A stretch of 64,000 bases of DNA from Octopus vulgaris (taxonomy: Eukaryota): the NCBI GenBank assembly GCA_951406725.2, contig OX597817.1:160704001-160768000 (forward strand), given 5' to 3'. The translations under genes and the position numbers were made by a program. The notes beneath the pieces were generated by a model, which was given only the letters and a program-made list of their open reading frames with translations, had not been told where the DNA came from and ran no database searches. Each line of letters opens with the position of its first letter. The stretch's first letter is position 1. Below are positions 35,401 through 47,600 of this stretch, in pieces.

Positions 35401-38400
35401 GAGACAGAAATATCCTTTAACTACAAATACAACAGCTCCAATAACTCATATACTAATATTCAAAATTTCAAATACCAATCCAATCATTTTAGGCTGTAAA
35501 ACAATATTGTAAATAATTATATTAAAGAAGAAGAAATCAGGCTAAAATATAGAAGTTTTCAATATTGGAAATGCTCACCCCTTGACCAAGTAGTTTGATG
35601 GCAGGAATAACATTTTCATTGGCTATAGACTGGAGAATTCGGGGTGGCCCATATAAACTACCCATACATGAAGAAATTGAAGATATGTATAAACCAGCCA
35701 GAAAAAGAATTCCAATAACAGAAACCTGCAAGAATAGAATGAAATATTTTATTATTGTTACATTGACCAAATAAAATGCAAGATAGCACCTGTTTCCAAA
35801 AAGGTAAAACAATTCACTGAAGAGAGAAATAAAGGAAGTGGTTGATGTCTTATGAGTGAGCAATAACTATAGCCAGCTGCTGTACTTTCATAATCAGATG
35901 CATCCGTTAATGAGTGATTTTATTATTATTATTGCGATGTCAGTAATGACTGGCTCTTTTTCAGCAATATCATTTGTTAATTACTGTGTAGGCGTTCCTC
36001 AGTCATTAAAATCAGGATTTTCTCAAGATTATGATATTTCTGTATTTTCTAAAATTTGCATCTACACAAATGTAAGTATTGAGCAAAACTCTCATCCATA
36101 AATATGAGGTTAACTGTCAAAAAAAATTATAATCTTTTTAACAATAATTTATCTGAGCCATTTGGAGACTTTTGAAAATTTCAATACGAGAACGTGAAGA
36201 TATTCTTTTCTACTCTAGGTACAAGGCCCAAAATTTTTGGGGTGGGGGCCAGTTCATTAGATCGACCCAAGTACACAACTGGTACTTAATTTATCGACCC
36301 CAAAAGGATGAAAGGTAAAGTTGACCTCAGCAGAATTTGAACTCAGAACATAAAGACAGATGAAATACCACTAAGCATTTTGCCTGGTTTGCTAACATTT
36401 CTGCCAGCTCACTGCCTTGAGAATGTGAAGATATTGCAAATTAGAGAGATCAACTGCCACAACCTAAGAGCAATGGATTATTAATCTGATTCACTTTAAG
36501 ACAGTGCTTGATTAAGCTGCATCCATTTAAACAGTTAATTAGTGAGATCAGATCAATATTCCTTTGAAAGCCCTTCGCTATTGATAAGATTAAAGTTGTT
36601 CAATTAGAGATTCTTTGAGTAGATGCTTGTCAAAAAATTGCAGAGGAATGCAATTCTATGAAGGACGACTTGATGTAAGTGTTCAGTGAGGGGTTTGGGA
36701 CCAGGGCAAGATACAAAGGGGTCAGTATGATTTACATGTCTTGGCTGTGGTTGCATCACAGCACTAGTGTATTGGTCAATAGGCTGACAAATAATCAACT
36801 GGATCAGAACTGAAACTTTACGAATCAAATGAAAAAAAAAAATCCATACTCATAACTGATACTAAAGTGATTTATTAGCTTAAAGCAAACAGTAATTTTA
36901 GTGTATTTCATATGACTTACCTTTTCTGCTATCATATAATAACCCTGAAGTGAAGCTCTTGTGCAGGTTGCCCCAAGAACAGTTGCAATAGCAACATATA
37001 AGAAGGTACTATCAAAAGAGAGAAGAAACCAAGTTAACAATACTGAATACTGAAAAGAGTAATGTTTGCATACAAAAATAATACAGAATTTGCATGATTT
37101 CTATGGATTTCCTGAGTTCTGATTGTTTGGTCAATGAAACTATCGACTCAGTTTGTAACGTAAGTAGCTGAGTATACCACAGGCACTTCTACTATTTATG
37201 TAATCCTTAGTATATGACAAAAGTAGGCCTTCTAAACTAAGGTCAAAATGGCATCTGAAAGTGTTTTATCTCTTACTTGTTTCCTTCATTGGACTGCAGT
37301 CATGCCAGGGCACTACCTTGAGGGTTTAGCCAAACAAATTAATCCCAGTTCATATTTTTAAGCTCAGTACTTATTCTATTGGTCCCTTTTAACGAAATGT
37401 TAAGTTACAGGAATGTAAACAAACCACCACTGGTTGTCAAGCATTGGTAGGACTCAAAGACACAGACACATTAATACATACATACATACATACATTATGG
37501 CTGCCCCCTCGTTATCGAGTATGGCCATTGCATGAAGCTTAACTGTTACTGGTGCTGTGATCGAATGTGACTTTTTAGCCCAGCTAAAGATCTACAATGT
37601 CTTGTACAGAATTGGCAACTAAAACCTTTACTGGTAATAGCCGGCTGTAGTTGTAACTGGGCTTCATGTACCTTTGCATGTTGTTTAAGTCCTCTTGCCG
37701 AATTACACTCTCTTCCACATGCCCGACAGATATGATTAGTATGGTGTGTTACACCACCACCAGTGGCCAGGTTGTCACTCATCTGTCTCACTTTATGACT
37801 ACGAAGATGACACACATACATACACACACATACATACATATCAGTTAGTAGTTCATATACATGAAAAAGGAACACACTCTAAAACATTAGAGCAATAGCA
37901 TATTTAGCAGGTTGTTTGTTATGGCCAGTCAAAGAGTGACAATTGGTTTTGCACTTATAAAGTTCTCAGCTGTATAGGCAACTTGTCCGGCTCAAATGGC
38001 CGGAGGTACATGAGCTCCTTACAACTGATGAGAGGAAAACGTCATAGTCAGTTAATTTTATAAACAAAAAAATTGAACTTGATGAGTCAGCTATACATCT
38101 AAGCACTTTGTGGGAGCAAAACCAAAAGTCACTCTCTGACCAGCCATAACAAACAACCTTCTAAGTACACACACACACACACACACACACATACATACAC
38201 ACAATGATTTTCTTTCAGTTTAGATGAAAGGCAAAATGGACCTCAGCAGCATTTGAACTCAAAACATAAAGAGCTGGAAGAATAGCATTTTGTCTGGCGT
38301 GGTAACAGCTCTGTCAGATAGCCAACAATTTAGCTAATAATGAAACCTGTTATTTAGAAGGAAGGAAGGAAGGAAGGAAAAGGAAGAGGGGGAGGGAGGG

Positions 38401-41400
38401 AGGGAGGGGGAGAAGCAGATAGAGTGAGAGACAAAGAAAGAAAGAAAGAAAAAAAGAAAGAAAGAAGGGAATATTCGTTGTTTACTTACGAAACTCCTAA
38501 AGCCGAGAGAGTGCCTGTTGGAATGTTATTGAAAGGATCATGAAGGTCACCACTCATATTAATGCCGGCCAATATTCCAGTAACCGTAGAAAAGAATAAG
38601 CCCATGATGGTAAAAAATGATTCTCCCTCTAAAAAGTCAGACTGGCTGTTGTTGTTCAGATTTGAAGCTAAATAGCCCAATACACCATTTGCTATAAAAA
38701 TATAAAAAAGCAGCATGGACATTATATTTTAATAATAATAATAATGAAATTATTGTATACAGTGCTCAGGTGCACCACAACTTGTCAGAAAGTGCATATA
38801 AAGTACATGCAGTAATGTAGAAATGTCTGGAAAGCGAACAATGTATGAGTCAGATGATAGAATAAAAGGGTAAAGACCCCCTTTGGTCATGAATGTCCAT
38901 GGGATTGCACCTAGAAAGTTCCCCTCTGAGGCACAAATCCGAGGAAGGTTATTCTATCATTTTAGATTTTTAAAAATGATAGAAATAAAAAAACTAGATA
39001 CAAAAGATAAAAAGATTAACTATTTTAAAAAATTCTCTGTAGGGATATATTTTTACTCCAGCCCTAAAATAATTTTGGAGTTATAACCATACTAGCAGTA
39101 TCGCCCGGCATTGCTCAGGTTTGTAAGGGAAATAACTATAAAGCATTTTTAGAGAGTTATAGCCAAAAAATAGCAAAAAAATGGGAAAAAAATGATGGTA
39201 AATTTTTTTTGAAAGTTAAAAAAGGTGGAGTTGCGTCCCCTAGACGGTCTGTGGTTTGGGCTTCTGATTCTCGACCCCATGTCGAATTTATCGATTTTTT
39301 TCAGAACTGGGGGAACTTTTCAAAATTTTCGCTGCGTTAGTTTTGAATTATGACATTGGGCTATGTGTGTGTCAAGTTTCATCAGAATCGGTTGAAAGCC
39401 GTGGTCAGAGTGAGGGTACGAGAAAACAGACACACAGAAACACACACAGACAAACTGCCGTTTATATAGAGAGAGATTAAGTCTCATCTTCAATGCTGTA
39501 AAAATCATCTTTTCTTTTATGTATATTTGTGGGTGTGTGTATGAAAGTACATGACTCAGTGGCTAGAGCATTAGGTTCACAATCATGAGGTAGTGAGTTT
39601 GATTCCCAGACCGGGCTGTGTCTTATGTTCTTGAGCAAGACACTTTATTTCACGTTGCTCCAGTTCACTCAGCTGTAGTAATGAGTTGCAACATCACTGG
39701 TGCCAAGCTGCATCGGCCTTTGCCTTTCCTTTGGATAACATCACTGGTGTGGAGAAGGGAGGCTGGTATGCACGGACAACTGCTGGTCTTCCATAAATAA
39801 CCTTACTCGGACTTGTGCCTCGGAGGGGAACATTCTAGGTGCAATCTCATGGTTATTCATGACCAAAGGGGATATTTACGCTTTTATTTTAGTAAGGAAC
39901 TCTGCACATCCTTATGTCAGGGTCCAAGGTTATAGTTTATAACCTTGGACCCTACCACATGAATGCACAGTTTCTTACTAATCTAAACAATATTTTTAAC
40001 CTGGTATACTAACAGAGATTATAAAGTATTTTGCCCATAGATAATCCCTCATTAATAACTAACTATATACACACACATATATATATATATATACTAATCA
40101 GGAGATAATATTCATGTTTGAATATTTATATAGACATTTATATTGCTATTATTATCAAAGGCAATATAAATAGATGATAATAACAGCAACATTAATATAG
40201 GTGGTTGCATGCCTAAAATAGCATTATATAGCTATAGAATTAAAATTATATCAATCATAAGGATGTATATATACGTCTATCTGCTAGAAATGAGAGTTAA
40301 AACCCACGTTTAAACCATCAAAATAACACTGAAAACAATAACAGAATCTGTTGTTGTTTTCAGTGTTATTTCAATGGTTTAAACAAGAGTTTTAGCTCTC
40401 ATTTCTAGCAGGTAGACATATACATCTGTCCTTATGATATATATATACATATATATATATATTAGACACACATATGCATGGTCAGACATATCTATATATA
40501 TATGTATGTGCATGGTGTATTATGTGTATACCTTTAAATATTGTGACATATAACTGTTCTCAGAGCACAAAATAAAATATAGTACAACTCCAAGACGACA
40601 TGATTATGCAGCTGTAGCACACTATAAATATTGTTGTTCAATTCTTACTTTATGAAATTTGAACAAAAAAATCCAATTTTAATATAGGCAATATCTAGTG
40701 CATTACGTCAAACATATATAAATTTTCCCAAATCAATATTATGTTCTGCCCACGAACGATTTTACAGATACCCTTTATAAGAAATCAACTTACTATCGGC
40801 CAAAATACAACAGGTCACATATGTTCTTTGACCTACAGCTATATTTTCAATACAATCACTGGCTAACTAAAGATACTGGCTATGTATTTCATAATGATCA
40901 CAAATCATGGTTTTAGTAGAATTATAATAATTCTTTTAAAGTGAAATCTTCAAAAAGTACTCTTTAACATAAGTTTTGAGAATATTTATTCTCTTGTAGT
41001 TTGGTGTATTTTTGACCTAATCAACTGCACAACTTTTGTTGTATATACATAGTTGTGACCTCAACCAAAATACTTCTGCTACTGATACTACTACTACAAC
41101 TACAATAATAATAATAATATCAACAATAACATCAATAGCAACAACAATAACAATAATAATCCTTTCTACTATGAGCACAGAACCTGAAATCTTGGTGGGA
41201 GGTGTGCTAGTCAATAATATTGACACCTAGTGCTGGACTGGTACTTTATTTTATCAACCCTGAAGGGATGAAAGTCATATTCAACCTTTGCATATTTTGA
41301 ACTCGGAATGTAAAGAGCCAGAATCAATGCCACAAAGTATTTTGTCCAACACAATAACAAATCTTCTAGCTTGATGCCTTATTAGTATTACTGATAATAA

Positions 41401-41984
41401 TAATAATAGCAACAACAATAATAAATCCTCTGGGACTTTGACTTCCAGACAGACAAGGTATTAGGGCATTGAAAGCTGGGATATAGTAACCTTTATTTGC
41501 ATTATTTGGGACTGTACGCATACTGTGTAAAGTACTGTCCATCTGAGGTCCTTGTTGTCACTTGACAAACAATACAAACCCCTGGTTGACACAATATTTT
41601 CAATCAAGAGTGCCTAATAATTGACATGGCAGTGCCAGGAGATCAACATATCATCATGAAAGAAAGAGAAAAGATTGATAAATATGTAGACCTGAGAATT
41701 GAAATCGCTAAGATGTGATAGCTACGAGAGTCAAACAAAGGTTATCCTTATTGTCATTGGAGCATTGGGTTCAATGCCATCCAATCTGAAAAAGTATCTG
41801 AAAACTTTAGTAATAGCCTACAACCTAGGTGTATTGCAAAAGTTTGGCATTACTTGGAACTGCACGCATATTGCGTAAAGTACTGTCTGTCTGAGGTCCT
41901 TGTTGTGACTTGACAAACAATACAAACCCCTGGTTGACACAATATTTTCAATCAACAACCTCACGATATTGTATACTAATAGTG

Positions 41985-42027
<43 letters not shown>

Positions 42028-42691
42028 GTCTCAAGTTTTGGCACAAGGCCAGCAACTTCAGGAGGGGGCAAGTTGATTACATCGACACCATAGTTCAACT
42101 GGTACTTATTTTATCGACTCCCAAAAGGGTGAAAGGCCAAGTTAACCTTGGCAAAATTTGAACTCAGAATGTAAAGATGGATTAAATGCTAAGCATTTTG
42201 TCCGGTGCACTAATAATTCAGCCAGCTGACCATCTCTGTAGTAATAAAATTCCTTTCTACTATATACACAAGGCCAGCAATTTCAGTAAGGTGTTGGATA
42301 AGTTTATTACATCAACCCCCAGTGCTGAACTGCTGCTTGTTTTATTGACCCTGAAAGGATGAAAGGCAAAGTTGACCTTGGTGGAATTTGAACTCAGAAA
42401 GTAAAGACGCATTAAATACCGTTAAGCATTTTGTGAGGATGATAATGATACTGCCAGCTCACTGCCTTTCAATGATAATAATAATCCTTTCTACTGTAGG
42501 CACAAGGCCTGGAATTTGGGGGAAGGGAATAAGTCAGTTACATTAACCCCAGTGCATAACTGGTACTTACTTAATCGACCTCAGAAGGATGACAGGTAAA
42601 GTCAACTTTGGTGGAATTTGTACTCAGAACGTAACGATGGATGAAATGCCGCTAAGCATTTTGCCTGACCTGCTAACAATTCAGCCAGCTC

Positions 42692-42727
<36 letters not shown>

Positions 42728-43930
42728 TGTTTCTAATTTAGGAACAAGGTCAACAATTTTGAAGGGAAGGGTTAGTCAATACCATTGACTCCAGCACTTC
42801 ACCCGTTCATTACTTCATTGACCTCAAAAGGATAATTAACCCAGTAGATTTTACTGACACCAGAGAAATAGTTGAAAGGCAAAGCCACCCTTGGTAGGAT
42901 TTGAAATGAGAATGCAAAGAACTGAAGAAAAATATCAAAAAGCATTTTGTCTGATGCTTTAACAATTCTGCCAATCCACTACCACCTTAATAATAATTGT
43001 TTGTAACATAGACACAAGGCCAACAATTTTAAGTGAAGAAACTAAGTTGATATCATCAACCCCTAATATTTTATTGAGGGGTCAACAGGATTTGAAATGT
43101 CATCATCATAATCATTGTTCGACCGTGGTCTAGACAATGGAATTTACTATGTTACGCCAGACTTCACAGTCCATCATAGCATTACGGAGGTCCTGTTGCT
43201 GGATGCCTGTATCCCTGGAAATTACATCAGAGTAGGAGAGTGTGCACCCTCTGGTATTGCAAGCAGATGGCTTCCAGAGGAGAAGAGTAGAAATTACCTC
43301 GTTTTCAGTTCTACAACAATGTCCAGCAAACTGGACTCTTCTAATGTAAAGAACCAAAAGAAATACTGCAAGGTTTTTTTTTTCTTTCTAATGCTCCAAA
43401 AATTTTACCATTTTGCCATGTTTAAATTGTTTCTAACATAGACACAAGGCCAGCAATTTTGAGGATAAGGATGGTAAATGAGAATTAAAACATTTGGTAT
43501 TACCTGGATCTGTGTGGACAAAGGATCCAACTAAGAAATCCATCACTGATAGGAAAATAATAACCAGCAACACCAACTGAACTCGAATCACCCATTTAAC
43601 ACCTGCTACATTAATACCTATTGGTGATAAAAAGAGAAAGAGGTAGATATAGGTAGACATATGGCTTTAATTATAGGGTTTTTTCTTCACACTCACCTAT
43701 TAAAATCAATATTTATTTTTCTGGTCATAAATACATGCATATATATATATATATGACCAAAGAGGTTTGAGTTGGTCTATGTCAACAAGACTAATATTAT
43801 GTAGAAAAATCAATAAAAAGAGTACAGAGAATTTTCTGTGAGGAGTGGAAAATCCAACCGTTTGGATGATGTCTTTCTTGAAGGAAAATTTGAACAGAGA
43901 GAAATAAATGAGACAACAGAATTTTACATA

Positions 43931-43973
<43 letters not shown>

Positions 43974-44607
43974 GACAGACAAGCATTCAGTTACATTTGC
44001 TATAAAAAATATATCAGGTCATCCCATAAGTGCTGTATGATTTTACCTTTTTTAAGATTAAATGAAATTTAATAGTATTTTAGAATGTCTAATAGCATTA
44101 AAAATTATTTTTATGCATTTGTGTACATTTAAACTAATTAAATATTATTTTACAGAATAATAGAATTAAAATTTCTTTGATTAAAACCCTTTCTAACATG
44201 GAAGTATCCAAAGAGCATTTGAGGCACTTAATACTTTATGAATACAAAAAAAAAGGAAACTCTGCAGCCTAAGTGACTCGAAACATACACTCAGTTTATG
44301 GGAAAGAATGCTTGAATGAAAGAACTTGCAGAAGACAAAATTCAGAAGTGGAAATTTCAGTCTTGAAGATGAAGATTGAACAGGACATCCAGTTGAGTTT
44401 GATGAAAAGCTCCTTGAGGCATTACTTGAATATCTATATATATACGACAGGCTTCTTTCAATTTCCATCTACTAATTCCACTCACAAGACTTTGGTCAGC
44501 CTGTAGTAATAGTAGAAGACACTTGCCAAAGGTGCCATGCAGTGGGACTGAACTCAGAACCATGTGGTCGGGAGGCAAGCTTCTTACTACATAGCCATGC
44601 CTGATCC

Positions 44608-44674
<67 letters not shown>

Positions 44675-47600
44675 TGAAATGTACATAGAGAGCAAATGAT
44701 ATAAAATGCATCTTGTGTTCATCATAATTTTTTCCCAAATTTCCTTTGTTTACCATAACTAGTAATAATGCTAAGTACAGTGGTAACCACACCACTTTAT
44801 AGGAAGTAGAGAGGGTGATGATGCTCTATGTGGAGCACTAAATTCACCAGTAGCAACTGTACATCTTTCTGTACACACAAGAAACTGCAATACACACACA
44901 CACACACCGTCTCTTCAAACTTCAATGACTTACTGCACTACTTACTGATTATTACATACACAGACAGCCACAATGCATGAGATGATTTATATAAAATAAC
45001 CTTGCTTACCTAAAAGCAGCAACACAACAGCAGTAGCAATCCCTCGTGCAATCCATGGATTAGAGTCTTCCATTAAACCCATAATGGATTCTCCAAAACC
45101 CATTACTGATAAGGAGCAACCAGCAGCCTGTAATAGAGTTATTAATTAATAATTTTCTACCACATATTCTCTACATAGAGTGTAGAGATGTTTGACATTT
45201 CTTATTTACAATCATCATCATCATCATCATTTAACGTCCACCTTCCACGCTAGCATGGGTTGGACGATTTTGACTGAGGGCTGGCAAACCAGACGGCTGC
45301 ACCAGGCTCCAATCTTGATCTAGCAGAGTTTCTACAGCTGGATGCCCTTCCTAATGCCAACCACTCCGAGAGTGTAGTGGGTGCTTTTTATGTGCCACCG
45401 GCACGGGACCAGTCAGGCGGTACTGGCAATGACCTCGCTGGAATCTTTTTATACATACCACCGGCACAGGTGCCAGTAAGGTGACGTTGGTAATGATCAT
45501 GTTTGAATGGTGCCCTTTTATGTGCCACCGGCATGGAGCCAACCAGTATTTTCTTTATTATATGGCATGGTGCCTGTTGTTATTTCTTGTTGTCTGTATT
45601 CGTAATTCTATACCATGTTCTCTGTTTTTTTTGTTTGTTTGATTGCTATTTCTAGCACATTGATTGACCATGAAGATTTGGCAGTTATTTCTAGCATACC
45701 AATTGACTCTCTCTAAGTTTGTTGCAGTTTCTCCCTTTAAGAATTGTTACCTCATGAACTGAAAAAAAATTCTATCCAAAGTAGAAATTCAAATTGATAA
45801 TTACCTGTGAGAAGCAATACATTACACCAACACTGCCACCAATTCTGCCTCCAAGTACATGTGAGATTAGGAAGTAGACTCCTCCACCATCCATCTTACA
45901 CCGCTCGCATACTCCAATGGCACTCAGGGACACAATTAAAACAACTCCCGATGAAAATAAAATAACTACAATAGCCAACCAAATCCCAGTATTGCCCTGA
46001 AAGAAAGAAATTTTTTTATTACAATTTTCATTCCAATGAGGTCGTATTTTATTTCTGAAAGACAGAATTTGAAATAAAGAGAAAAACTAAGATGATAATC
46101 CCACACTTTTTGTTCACTGTTTGGCATCTCTTTCTGAATGTATACATGTGTCGGGTATTAGGTTTTTAGAAACAAATGTGTTTACTGAAAGATATTCTTG
46201 TTACCAATGTCCACTGAAGTATGGAAGTAAAAACAAAACCTTTTCTTCTTTATTTAGCCAAGCAAATTGTTGTAAAACCACAGTAATAAGCCAATCAATG
46301 ATGTATATACATTAAGTATGATACATAGATGGCTATTGAAATACAAGCTATAATAACAGTACAACACAATAGCAGTAGTAGGATTTGAACTTCTGACTAT
46401 ATGGTCAATCGTTTGGCATCTTAGCCTTACAGCTAATAATAATAATGTGATGTATATGACTGTGAACTAGTGCTTAACTAGTGAGTTCCAGTTGTACTGC
46501 AGTTGTTGACTTGCATCACTATGCAAAGTGTTTGACTAAATCATAACAGGTTTTGCATAAATTTCACGAGTGGTTAGAAATAACAAAAGTTCTATGAATA
46601 TGAACAATTGCTAATACAATAACTAATCGATTCATGTTGAAATTGAAAGGCAATAAAAACACAGGAAACAAATTGTTTCCTTTGTCCAGTCTTATGAGAG
46701 AGTGTGTATAATCAAATATTTTGAGTCAGGTATATTACTGGTACATATTTTATTCCAGAAGAATAAATGAATGAATGAATGAATGAATGAATGAATGAAT
46801 GTATGTATGTATGTATGTACATACGTATGTGTGTATGTATGTATAGTTGACTCCATGTTACTGGACTTATATTTTACTCTTAAAATCCATAGCTTTGTGT
46901 AGAAGGAGATGATTAAGAGGAGAAAATTATTCGCATGTGTCTTTGTATTATACAGTCATCATCATCATCATCATGGTTGTATAATAACTCATATTCACAA
47001 CTGAGACATCACAGAAATATTTAATATATTTCTTAGTCATTGAGAAGGTTTTAAACCATTGCAGTTCTGGTTCTGAATAAATAATATTAATAAAGCCATA
47101 AAAGCCACCATCAGACAGGATAGCAGTGCACAAGGAAAAAACAATTATAATTCCATTTTTCAGACATACATTTAATGTGATTGATTTTCTTGGTTATAGG
47201 GTAAATACCATAAAGTAACATGTATTGGTTTAACACATTGACAAAAGGGTACTTTCCTATTTTTTCTTTTTATTAAAGGATTAATAAATAAACTATTTCA
47301 CTTGTGAGATGGGTGTAATAGATGATTGACAGATTTTCAGAATAATAGTTATCATTACCTCAAGGAGTAAAGTACCGGTAAAAATTTACCAGAAAAGTGT
47401 ATGAAAATGGAGGGTGAAAATAAAAAATATTTAAAAAGTTCTTTTACAGCAGGAAACAATCTTCCAATTCTTTATCTTTTTCTTTCTCCATGAGGTAGTG
47501 ATAGCTATTCTGAAAGTCATTGATCAATTATCACACCTGTAATAGTTGATTTCTTATTTATTAATCCTTTAGTAAATCTAAAATTGACTATCAATAATAG

